A model generated the notes under the pieces. That model ran no database searches and was not told the origin of the DNA. It was given only the letters and a program-made list of their open reading frames with translations. A DNA stretch of 64,000 bases from Leptogorgia sarmentosa. Taxonomy: Eukaryota. The DNA lies in the NCBI GenBank assembly GCA_964658305.1, contig OZ210885.1, positions 8,370,001 through 8,434,000 on the forward strand. The letters run 5' to 3'. How positions within the stretch are numbered: position 1 is the stretch's first letter; every line of letters starts with the position of its first letter. Below are positions 54,001-61,875 of this stretch, piece after piece. Made by a program: the position numbers and the translations under genes.

Positions 54001-56144
54001 AAATTTAGGTTTATCTTGCCTATGAGAATGCCTCAATTGTTTTGCCTAATGGGTTGTCCCAGCCCCTTGGGCTAGTTTTTTTCCCCCTAAAAGAGTATTT
54101 TATTTATCAGTAATAATGTATTTAATAGAGTATTTAAAATATCTAAAAGAGTATTTAATTTATCAGTATGTAGTGTGTTTTTTTTATCAGTACACGCTTC
54201 GTTCTAAGTATTCTATTGCAAACGTGTCCCCAAAAAAGTATGCACATGTTTGACTTGGAACGTTTAACGGGTAAAGCAAAACTCATAAAAACAGCATTAT
54301 TGAAAAAAAGCACAGATTGCGTTCCCACGCTGAAAATTTGCACTCGCTCGCATTTGAAACATGTCTTATATTAATTTGAACAGCGTCTTCCTACTTCTTC
54401 AACGACTGTTAAATGAAACATCAAAAGTTCCTCAAACCTTTGTGGCGTCCAAATCGTAGTTTTTGATACAACGGCAAAGTTCAGCTACACTTTCTGCAAT
54501 TAGTTTTGCGTGGCGACCATCAACAAGAATGTCTGGAAATCATGCAGAAAATTTATCTTCAGTATCACAAACACTATAAATCTACCGCTGCTAATGCGCG
54601 TAGCACGAAGGATACATAAAAAAAAGCATGCCTTGCTGTCCATATATTTGCTAAGCATGGTCTGCTGTGGTTATTAGCAAACGTCAATATGCGCCCAGTG
54701 TAGTAGATAGGAGATAACAACATCAGCAAGCAGCACATGTCCTACCCACAACCTAAACAATGCAAATAGGTTGGACGTTTTGAGTAAAGTAGATTTTTTG
54801 CATGATATAGACATGCAAAAATTTCGAAATAGTACAATCCAGAGCAACAGCGTTAAAGAGTATCACAAAGTTAGTAAAACTGTAAAGTCTGGTTGAGAAA
54901 TGTTTTAAAATGCGAAAAATATGACCCTGTAAAGTTTTCAAATTTTGTATATTTTAGTATTACCCATGCATTTATATCCTTATCGAGAAAAGTCTATCAA
55001 TTTTGCGTGTCTAATACTAAAATGAAAAAATTGGCAAAATTGCGTTAAACATTCCCGACTTTTGAATGATTGAAGTTTTGAACACAAATGTCCAACTGGA
55101 ATTAGTACGATTTACGAAGTCTAATTCATGTGAAAATTTTGATTTTATGCATATGTCAGCATATATTAGTCGTACTATACTGTATATCATGTTGTATACA
55201 GTATTAAAGGCATTTAACTTCTGCACTTATATGAAGGTCTAAAAATAAATCACTGTCACCAATTCAACACTAGATTTCTATGTAAAGTTTCAAAGTATAG
55301 CTACACTATTGGAGAATTTAATTTTTTTTACCTGTTCGACCCCATATAATTTCAACGATTGATCGTATTGAGAATCGCATTGAATTGTATATATGGTAAT
55401 AAATGAATAAAATTGGATGATAATAATAATAATAAATGAATAATAAGAGAAATTCTTTCAACACATGGGGGTTTTCTTACCGGAGATAAAAAATGATCTG
55501 CGCAAAACATATTTAAAGGCATGATGAAATTCCGGCAATAATGCTAATAATACAGTACCTGTTTTATTCCAGAAATCTAGTTCATCACAAATTATTTTTT
55601 CGTCAGCTATTGGTAAATTTAATATTTTGACCAAAGATTCCATTCCTTGAAACGAGGCATTGAACATATGTACTGTCCATTCAGAGATGTTACAATGAGC
55701 CCATGGGTTTCTGATGTCCGACCGAACTTTGTTTGCTTCAGCTGAAGCACCCGAAGATACAAAAGGTGCTGCCTTGCCGATAATAGTCAAAAGAGCTGAC
55801 ATATCCATGGTTTCATCAAATCCAGTGAAATGTGCCATAAAGTCCGTGACGAATAGTTTCGCCAAAGAGACAGGATCTTTAACAGCATAATCATAAGCTG
55901 ATTTAGTACGCTTGTGGATAATGTTATTGTTAATGTTCTGATATTGTAGGTTATGTGTGGAAGGGGGTAATTTCTTCCTTCTGTATGCTGCGAAATCTTG
56001 CTTTTGAATTTCATCAGGTGGTTGGCATAAAGAATGATACCATTTCCCAAGTTCAGTGGCGACAACTTTCCTCAATGCAGGTGCAAGAACTTTGGTAAAG
56101 GCAATGCCAACTAAAACCCAATGTTGTTCTTCCTCTGATATCAT
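2728..56144 (-). CDS. Multi-exon gene (16 coding exons, ~1702 aa): putative HEPN-like N-terminal domain + coiled coil + NB-ARC + APAF-1-type helical domain + WD40 repeats (APAF-1-like STAND/NLR receptor lacking CARD)
   Basis: Exons 55559-56144, 54438-54532, 52030-52213, 49072-49409, 47511-48153, 46107-46517, 35687-35932, 31675-31887, 28854-29075, 25883-26126, 24296-24528, 21837-21934, 16126-16528, 14065-14666, 7794-8058 and 2728-3053. All introns are GT-AG and all phases match. Total 5109 nt, open to a TGA at 2728-2730. NB-ARC motifs and GH...WD/WN repeats are present. Confidence 0.85.
3488..3637. repeat. Imperfect palindromic element
   Basis: taatagaaattag...gtgcgggc / gcccgcac...ctaatttctatta. 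Confidence 0.55.
5452..5600. repeat. ~150-bp hairpin of the same element class
   Basis: aattattgaat...gtaggatatggggaattattcag...ctgaataattcctcatatcctac...attcaataatt. Confidence 0.7.
6572..6668. repeat. Palindromic mini-element
   Basis: gataccccggttccggtttacgggtac...gtacccgtaaaccggaaccggggtatc. Confidence 0.75.
7794..8058 (-). CDS. Exon 15: degenerate WD40
   Basis: IDRINATG...IAKWNLNDT...LRINNSGNLVAIL. Boundaries AG/GT, phase 0 to 1. Confidence 0.72.
10013..10097. mobile_element. 85-bp hAT-like mini-MITE
   Basis: cagtggcgtaac...gttacgccactg, with near-TSD aggatgct/aaggtgct. Confidence 0.7.
10470..10925. mobile_element. Hairpin-ended element of a different family, abutting the 10932 element
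   Basis: ~150-bp hairpin at 10476-10622, then tattatacc...ggtataata. A second internal hairpin lies at 10763-10820. Confidence 0.7.
10932..11634. mobile_element. Hairpin-ended element (Crypton-like), copy 1
   Basis: ~110-bp terminal hairpin followed by ttattatgtacacaagcactgga, whose inverse ends the element. A highly similar copy lies at 61183-61875 and a fragment near 7005-7045. Confidence 0.8.
14065..14666 (-). CDS. Exon 14: WD40
   Basis: GHPDDSIVTAIDITSNGKFALSGS...AHKDAISQV...FASGSIGGSVKLWNV. Phase 1 to 0. Confidence 0.88.
14893..15125. mobile_element. Diverged MITE
   Basis: Imperfect ~45-bp inverted ends (ttttgccattacagtcattttgccc / gggcaaagcgactgaaatggaaaa). Confidence 0.5.
16126..16528 (-). 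CDS. Exon 13: WD40
   Basis: MWNLSDG...IIGCEDNHVFIWDW...VISPDGKDLL. Phase 0 to 1. Confidence 0.85.
16596..18195 (+). mobile_element. Tc1/mariner-type fold-back element with ~550-bp inverted arms and a transposase remnant
   Basis: TA|cagtgcgacccacgg...ccgtgggtcgcactg|TA. The middle encodes the fragments LFTDE, TLDGPDDWSKGW, LIGPFRVPEG and NSPNLNPIENLW. Confidence 0.88.
18528..18950. repeat. Tandem repeat, ~146-150-bp unit, ~2.9 copies
   Basis: Units start at 18528, 18678 and 18824. Confidence 0.92.
20781..21389. mobile_element. TIR element (MITE)
   Basis: catggccagaaatgcgcgacagtcagc...gctgactgtcgtgcatttccggccatg. Confidence 0.65.
21837..21934 (-). CDS. Exon 12: WD40 (short; absent from the ORF track)
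   Basis: GDLEWAKHVAVSADDRYVVSLSKEWSSTKSSIK joins in frame to MWNL of the next exon. Phase 1 to 0. Confidence 0.75.
22577..23162. mobile_element. Tc1/mariner-type MITE, 586 bp with ~200-bp TIRs
   Basis: TA|cagggtgtctcaaaa...ttttgagacaccctg|TA. Confidence 0.9.
23730..23980. repeat. Diverged hairpin element
   Basis: ataaacaaataacttca...tgaagtaatttgtttatt inverted ends. Confidence 0.45.
24296..24528 (-). CDS. Exon 11: WD40
   Basis: VLTASLDGSIRVWNL...HSNDVTDIKI...SRDGTFEVWDL. Phase 2 to 1. Confidence 0.88.
25883..26126 (-). CDS. Exon 10: WD40
   Basis: LVSGSNDGTIKIWDL...LKGHESDVTSVAVS...YEGHTDRI. Phase 1 to 2. Confidence 0.9.
27708..28145. mobile_element. hAT-like MITE
   Basis: cagtggcgtagga...ttcgtatgcccttg. 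TSD tttcagag/tttcatag (7/8). Confidence 0.7.
28503..28586. mobile_element. 84-bp perfect palindrome MITE with TAG...CTA ends and a 9-bp TSD (Academ-like)
   Basis: No spacer and no mismatch. GGAAAGACA flanks both sides. Confidence 0.88.
28854..29075 (-). CDS. Exon 9: WD40
   Basis: LKMYCVSTG...DKTIKLWKADT...LVGHTDGVRCVVAT. Donor GTATGT. Confidence 0.88.
30767..31279. mobile_element. hAT-like MITE
   Basis: cagtggcgtaact...atttacgccattg. TSD is degraded. Confidence 0.6.
31675..31887 (-). CDS. Exon 8: WD40
   Basis: LRGHFVICLAVSQSGTILASGSSDGSTILW...VFIGTYD. Donor GTAAGC. Confidence 0.88.
33548..33815. repeat. Tandem duplication, ~151-bp period
   Basis: tatgctgaacaaaaaccaagcataaattgtgg... at 33548 and 33699. 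Confidence 0.88.
33999..35120. mobile_element. Tandem cluster of three hairpin-ended Crypton-like elements (33999-34437, 34440-35006, 35008-~35120)
   Basis: Each starts caattatt/cgga. The first two have a long hairpin, a ttattat.. inverted repeat and a ccaatca..ataataa end. The second contains the ORF start MAARFPELPEDELSCLLEEKNSDDTKKATKTAV. Confidence 0.72.
35687..35932 (-). CDS. Exon 7: end of helical domain and first WD40 repeat
   Basis: GRLLSYEEFPGIKTLL...VICGLLDGSITIFDLDT. Phase 1 to 1. Confidence 0.85.
37335..37527 (-). repeat. 3' LTR
   Basis: Matches the 5' LTR. Preceded on the minus strand by the polypurine tract GGAGGGGGA (37528-37536). Confidence 0.96.
37658..43773 (-). pseudogene. 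BEL/Pao gag-pol polyprotein, disrupted
   Basis: Gag LPTFDG, zinc knuckle CFKC..GH..C, protease MLDPCS, RT YVDD, RNase H FSDAS, integrase HHCC and D..SDNG..E, tail WPLGRI..G.DGLVR. Lesions: in-frame TAA at 41179, frameshifting deletion at ~39880, in-frame TAG at 39084, MITE at 37930-38097. Confidence 0.93.
37930..38097. mobile_element. 168-bp MITE inserted in the integrase C-terminal coding region
   Basis: ~59-bp TIRs (cgtcagctgaggattaacaagg...ccttgttaatcctcggctgacg) and AGTT duplicated on both sides. Removing it restores ...RVQQLINQVWKRW... Confidence 0.92.
43828..43845 (-). promoter_or_regulatory. Primer-binding site complementary to the tRNA-Tyr 3' end
   Basis: TGGTCCTTCGAGCCGGAT, 2 nt after the 5' LTR. 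It is complementary to ...CCGGCUCGAAGGACCA. Confidence 0.85.
43848..44040 (-). repeat. 5' LTR
   Basis: Direct repeat of 37335-37527 with one mismatch (agaagtattg vs agaattattg). Confidence 0.96.
45195..45310. repeat. Dispersed repeat with an inverted, diverged copy at ~54845-54955
   Basis: aatatacaaattttgaaaactt...ctctttaacgctgtt matches the reverse complement of aacagcgttaaagag...aagttttcaaattttgtatatt. Confidence 0.65.
46107..46517 (-). CDS. Exon 6: winged-helix LHD (MHD-equivalent) motif and APAF-1-like helical domain
   Basis: YRLHDLLL...DYYFKYLTYHL...FNFDWLYQKV...LMSDF. Phase 1 to 1. Confidence 0.9.
47511..48153 (-). CDS. Exon 5: NB-ARC Walker B, sensor 1, GxP(L) and RNBS-D-like motifs
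   Basis: CLVILDDVW, LLITTR, CGDLPLAL, FLDFALFPED. Phase 0 to 1. Confidence 0.93.
48231..48598. mobile_element. hAT-like MITE with perfect 8-bp TSD
   Basis: ggtaagat|cataggcgtacg...cgtacgcctatg|ggtaagat. Confidence 0.88.
49072..49409 (-). CDS. Exon 4: NB-ARC N-terminal part with Walker A
   Basis: LPRDMVERP...VVGIRGMGGLGKT (Walker A at 49246-49269)...VIWLDIG. Phase 1 to 0, donor GTATGT. Confidence 0.92.
49548..50025. mobile_element. hAT-like MITE
   Basis: cagtggcgtaacg...cgttccgtcactg. TSD attccccc/atttcccc (7/8). Confidence 0.75.
52030..52213 (-). CDS. Exon 3: predicted coiled coil
   Basis: INPVMEKLDNIQSTLLRKITEVERSAAENSMELKRLAEKTDEIE shows a heptad-like pattern. Boundaries AG/GT, phase 0 to 1. 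Confidence 0.7.
52311..53058. mobile_element. Hairpin-ended element (diverged)
   Basis: Hairpin at ~52340-52455 and a terminal ctcagccaatcagaatcgag...atgtatatta. Confidence 0.5.
54438..54532 (-). CDS. Exon 2 (linker; absent from the ORF track)
   Basis: tttccAG|(D)ILVDGRHAKLIAESVAELCRCIKNYDLDATK|GTttga. 95 nt, bridging phase 1 to phase 0 exactly as required. Confidence 0.65.
55559..56144 (-). CDS. Exon 1: N-terminal helical effector domain with HEPN-like Rx4H motif
   Basis: ORF MISEEEQHWVLVG...VRSDIRNPWAHCN...FWNKT. Donor GTACTG at 55558 (phase 1). Acceptor AG at 56152-56153, 7 nt before the ATG. Confidence 0.8.
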
Positions 56145-57693
56145 TATCGTTCTATGAAGTAAACATAAAATAATGGTGTTACAATTTTAGCTACGAAAGC
56201 ACAAAGCTTTTGTAAACAGTACAGACATAATTACTTTCTGACATTTTAAGTGTTTTACAAATATGTGAAAGTAGAAGTTTCTTTGAAAATAATTGTATGG
56301 AATCATCTGGTAACAAACTTTAACATGTGGCCAGTAGCTATATAGGTACCGCTACCGAATAACAACATCAACAGGCAGCTAAAGTTCTGCCCACTAGCTG
56401 AACAAATGCAATAAGAATTAATGCTTCAAGCAAAGTCCAATAGTAAAAAATTAGTGTGTGTTAAAATGCCCGAGGGCCGTTGCACAAAACATCGAATCCT
56501 AGTTTAGCCTTTAGGTAATTAGTAGAACTTTGGCTGTTTGTTGACATAATCTAGTATCCACTGCCTTTGACAATTATATGTAATTATTCAGTAATTTGTA
56601 GGTAAGACGTGGGGTGAGAGGGAAAGTCCAAAGCAGGTCATCAGATTTACAAGATAGTAATCTGTTCGGGATGATATGTAATGCAGAATGCCTTTGTCTG
56701 CCGGATGGGAAAATAGGATTACAAGCACCAGGATTTATGAAATAATAACCAAATAAAAGTAGGTATAATATTGCGATTTGAGCAGAACAAATGCCGAGCA
56801 TTCAAATTCCATTTTCACAGCAAACTGTCGATTTGGACCCATCGTTTAGACCCACACTTTAGCCCCCCACACCCTATGAATAACCGGTAAAGCTCACGGG
56901 TAGCGCCAGCAACTCCCCGGTGGAGGGGATATGTTCCCCGACGAGTGGGCTAGTAAATAAAATGGAGACTAAATGATCAGGCCTGGATGAACGAAATTTG
57001 AAGTGGTGGGGGAAAGGTTGGTGCGCTCAGGGGGCTAAAATAACACAACAGATAGTTTAAGCTAACGAGGCGCGAAGCGAGAAAATTGAGAAGTTGAGGT
57101 CTCTAGATCGTCAGAAATGCCATTATCGAGGTCTCATATAAATTGGAACATTTTGCTGCAATAACGATAAATCAAATAACTATTCGGCAGCAAAAGGTAT
57201 TCTGGCCCCTTTCTTATGGAATATTAGGGGGCGGCCCTGACGTTACCTAGAGAGGCACACAATTTTCATTCCCGTTGCTCTGCAAAATTTGGCGGGGGGG
57301 GGGGTCAACAGGCCACTGGCCCCCTCTCTCGCTGGGACAAATGATACGTTAACAGGGCGTATGAGTAACCCAGTTTTTAACAATCAGACAAGCCAGATTT
57401 ATTCAATTTGTAAGACGAATGGGAAGTATTGACCACTCAACGCTGTCTCCAAATATTCGTTGCCTCGCAGTGTGTTCCGTATTTCGAGCATATTATGGAT
57501 AGTTGTAAACTGACAACGATTAAATATATCTCTGTCGTTAATTGTGTCATTCAAGCCGTGCCATATTAATGTAATAAGCGCTTAAAAGTAACTTAGATCA
57601 TAGACAATCGTCTATGCTCAGACATAAGTAAAACATTGTTCTTTTTACATATCCTGTCCATCCTGAAATATGCGTATACATAGCCTACTTATA

Positions 57694-58154
57694 ATTACGG
57701 GAAACACTGAGTATTTTCATGAAATACACAACAACGGTAACTCCGAATAACGTAAGCATTTTGATTCAACGTTTCGACTTTATTTAGTCATCATCAGGAT
57801 TCAGGAATGGTTATATTTCATGTGCATGCGTTATATATACTCTACGTAATTTGATATCTAATCAGAACTACGTTGTTGTAGCTTCAGCAGTTGCGAAATT
57901 CATGAGCCAGCGTGGATGACGCACATCATTTGCGCATGTGCAGAACTGCGATAATCATGTACTTAGCAAGTCAGGAATTTCGCGTCACAACGGATTCCCT
58001 AAAACATTGGCCAACAAACTTAGATAAAAATCACATCCTAATCCTAATCCTGAAGATGACTAAATGAAGTCGAAACGTTGAATCAAAATGCTTATACGTT
58101 ATTCGGAGTTACCGTTGTAGTGTATTTCATGAAAATACTCAGTGGTTCGCGTAA
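57694..58154. mobile_element. Inverted ~105-bp arms each with a minimal hammerhead-like core (Penelope-like pLTR remnant)
   Basis: Right arm (+): CTGAAGA-tGAC..GTC-GAAACGTT. Left arm (-): CTGATGA-tGAC..GTC-GAAACGTT. Confidence 0.6.
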
Positions 58155-58649
58155 TAATTACACTCTTACAGTAAATCTAAGGCACGTAAGCATCGCATGG
58201 TAAAGAATTTGAAGAGAAGCGGCGAAAAATGATATAAATGGTCCGAAAATGGAAAAATATTAGAAATTTAATGTTGTGAAATTTGTATAGTGTTGTGAAT
58301 TGCTTCGGATCTCGTGAATGAGTTAAGCAACGCTTGCACACAGGTGGATTTTGGCTGTTTTCTCCAACTACAGCAGTTCAAGCGTTCGAATAAAGTTGTC
58401 CGCTTACTCTTTTTCACACTTAAGTTACTCTTTTTTACACTAAAGTTGTCCGCTTATAAATCACGACTGAATCATGAAGGAATCTCGACATGATCTCGTA
58501 GGATCAACCGTGTCTGGGGATGTCGAAGCGAGGATTTAAAATAGTTGATGAATTACGGACGATGAAAGAGGTCAACCAACACAACATATCTTTGCTATAG
58601 GTTACGCCAACACATCAACTAGGGATCCAAGGATAGTGCAAAGTTTCTA

Positions 58650-58771
58650 AGGCTTAGGTCAAACGTCGAACTTTTCATGCGCCGAACCTAATGCAAATGA
58701 GCTCAAACAAAGAACTTTCCTCATTAACATTAGGTTCGGCACATGAAAAGTTCGACGTTTGACCTAGGCCT
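58650..58771. mobile_element. Palindromic Harbinger-like MITE
   Basis: ~55-bp inverted arms (aggcttaggtcaaacgtcgaacttttcatg...) in a TAA/TTA context. Confidence 0.75.
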
Positions 58772-59674
58772 TAGAAGGCATTAAAATCATATTTTTTAAA
58801 AGAAAACTAAGGAAACATTGTTGACGAGATACGAGAACATAATCACTATTTTATTGTCAGGAAGCAACTGCCATCGCAGCAGCGACTGAGTTTAATTGTA
58901 GTAAATCATTCTTTCGCATCAGGAGTACATTAGTACATGAATGGCAATACCGCGAGGCGACGAAGAGTCGGAGACAGCGAAAACAAACACGAAAGCTATA
59001 AATGCGAAAGCTCGCAAATATGTTGCCTTTCATCAACCGATTTAAAATTATGGCTATCTTGTTGTGACGAGTTCTACTGTGTTACGCATCTTAGTTTGCC
59101 CGCTATTTACGAATTGCGATGGCAATGTCGGCCAACTAAATTTTTAATATAAATACGCACGGCGGCTGTTAACAGTACCGAGTAGCTATTTTAAATTGAC
59201 CATGACAAATAGAAGTTTTCTACTGATAATGATAACAATTCAAATTTCTAGATTCATTCCTGATATATAAAGAACATTTTAACTGCTTTATCAACGCATT
59301 CAAACATGTTGGCCACATTATATTATCATCATACAGTTCATACTGAATTACTGATTCATGGCCCCACTCTTAGCGTCCGCCATATTGTGTAATTTCATTC
59401 CCCAGAAGTGCTGAGTTGCAATTTTTGCAAAAACTGAAATTCCGGAGGGGCGTCCGCCATTGTGTACTGTATTTCTGCGCTTCTTTGATCACATTTCACA
59501 TCTAACAAACTTTCATATCAATGAGAACAACTGCAAATAATGATGAGCAACAATATATAACTGCAATCGAATCATTTTTGTTCAAACATTTCATGGATAT
59601 CAATCAAATACCGAGTTTCGCATGTCAGGAGAATTTGGGACGCTCCCCCCGGAGTTTACACTATGAATGAATGA

Positions 59675-59727
59675 ATGACTACATGACTATGACTACATGA
59701 CTACATGACTACATGACTACATGACTG
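59675..59727. repeat. (ATGACTAC)n microsatellite
   Basis: About six copies visible. Confidence 0.85.
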
Positions 59728-59871
59728 ATGTGAATTTTCGCCACTCATCACAATACTGCAAAGTTTCTTTGAAACTTTGCACTAAAAAACTAAAATACCA
59801 ACAATGTCCGTTTTGCAGAGGTACTAGATAGATAGATAAGTCGTTGAAAAATTATATACTAACACACTTAC

Positions 59872-59921
59872 CAAAAACTTAGGTTGATTTCCACAAGAGG
59901 CGACCGGAGCAAAGATTGTTC
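59872..59921 (-). other. Candidate 5' non-coding exon of the STAND-WD40 gene
   Basis: tttctctAG acceptor and consensus GTAAGT donor around 50 nt. Splicing to 56151 would place an in-frame TGA just before the ATG at 56144. Speculative. Confidence 0.25.
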
Positions 59922-61182
59922 CTAGAGAAATCAGAAATATATCATGAAGTCAAAAAAAAAGTTCCATTACTTTGATCTTTTAGGATGTGTGTTTTTGGCA
60001 AAAAATTTCTTGTTGGATATGGTACAAATTTGTCAATCAAGAGTCTTCGCACAACAGTGATAGTAGCAATTACTTAAATATTGTAGCAGTGAAACAAGAT
60101 TTAGTGTACAATAAGGATGGCCTCAAGTGCACAGTAGAATACTTGCAGACTCCCGGGAAACGCGAGATAGAAGAATATCGGTGTAATCAATAGTGATGCT
60201 CGTTTTGCTCGATTAAAGGCCTTATTCAAATGCTTAAAATAAAGAATTCTATAATCTATCTGCCAATGTTGTTTCTTACATACCTTTCTACGTTAATACG
60301 ATCCTACCATCAGAAAAGTTGAATTTAACGTTGAACTCAAATGACAAATTTGAATTGAACTCCCTACAAACGCAAATAAATATGGTTTTTGCCTTTCGTT
60401 TCGTGGTGGACAAGCAACTACACACATTCAGAATTAAAGAATATTTCAAAATTCATTAGTAAATACAAGCACTGCCACTATTCATCACCAAAAGGCATAC
60501 GATAGAAATACATTGACCATATATACATCCGTATACATCTGTACAGTATATACATTTTAAGCATCAGACCACTTTTCCCATGCTTGTTTTTGCCAACAAC
60601 AACATGTGATGATCCAGAAAGATTATGACAAGATCTCGTCAAAGAAGAGTTGATAATAACATCAACAGACAGCAAAGAAAGGTTCTACTTAAACGACACA
60701 TTTGATATTTCGAGTAAAGGCCCACCTTCCGGCGGCAATTTGTAATTAAGTAACTCCCAACGAAGGGCCTTCGCTCAAAACGTCCAATCTTCTGCTGATT
60801 ACACATGGCGAGACGTTATGAAGATAAATCTTCCATGAATCTTGAAACATTCCGGGAAAATTTTGTCGAGGCATTTAACAGGTGTTATGCCAGGATCTTA
60901 CAAGATCATGATTGATACAATCTTGGCAAGAGCATGGCAAGATCTCGGATCATGGGTAATTGTGGCAACAGAATGGGAAGATCCAGCAAAATCATGAAGA
61001 TTTAGAAATACAGATACAAAAGGATCAAAGATACAAAAGGAGAGAAACTACCCACAAAAAATGAAATCCTAATTTTAACATTATCTTGAAATTGGGTTAA
61101 CTAATGTCTGAGTGCGATGACTGAACATGTATAATGTAATAACTTATCGACAACCAGCTAATTTATTCCCCACTATATCTAC

Positions 61183-61875
61183 ATATTTAACAGTTATTCT
61201 GCGAACTCGAGTCGTATATGCGCTGATAGTCGACGAGGCGCGTAGCGCCGAGTCGACTATCAGTCATATACGACGAGAGTGAGCAGAATAACTGTTTTAT
61301 TATGTACACAAGCGCTGGACAAAAACAACTTCCAAATTTATTTGTATTTTATTAATAACTGAATATAATTTCAAAGTGTTCTATCGCTTTGAAATCGACA
61401 TATTTACAAAAACAGTTTTACTTGATAAATTACACGCCAAAAAGCACGGTAAAAACAACAATTACGGAATTAAAATAGTCAACGTTACGTTTAAACTATA
61501 GCTAGTTTTAAATTTCAGCAGTTTTCATCTGTATTTTTCTGCATTTGAAAGTACAACACAAATTTTACGGTTGTAAAATGTCAACAAACAACAACAAGCG
61601 ATCCAACTCAATCAAGCGATGAATTTTACAGCGTCGAGTCCGGTTTTCCAGATTCAAAACTGCACAATAAACATTTACTCACTAAACTTCTTGAATTTTA
61701 TTCTTTTAATCGGTCGCAAAGACGTTTTTAACTGTTGAAAACTTCAATTCCGGCTTCGCTCTTTCCGCCATTTTGTTTGTTTTTCTCTACTAGCAGGATA
61801 TGAGCTAATATCCTGCTAGTAGAGAACCAATCAGATTGCAGAATAGCTCATATCCAGCCCTTGTGTATATAATAA
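61183..61875. mobile_element. Hairpin-ended element (Crypton-like), copy 2
   Basis: Highly similar over ~690 bp to 10932-11634. Confidence 0.85.

Noticed and set aside
2728..56144. Naming the gene APAF1
   Set aside because: No CARD is evident and orthology cannot be established from the sequence alone, so it is called APAF-1-like only.
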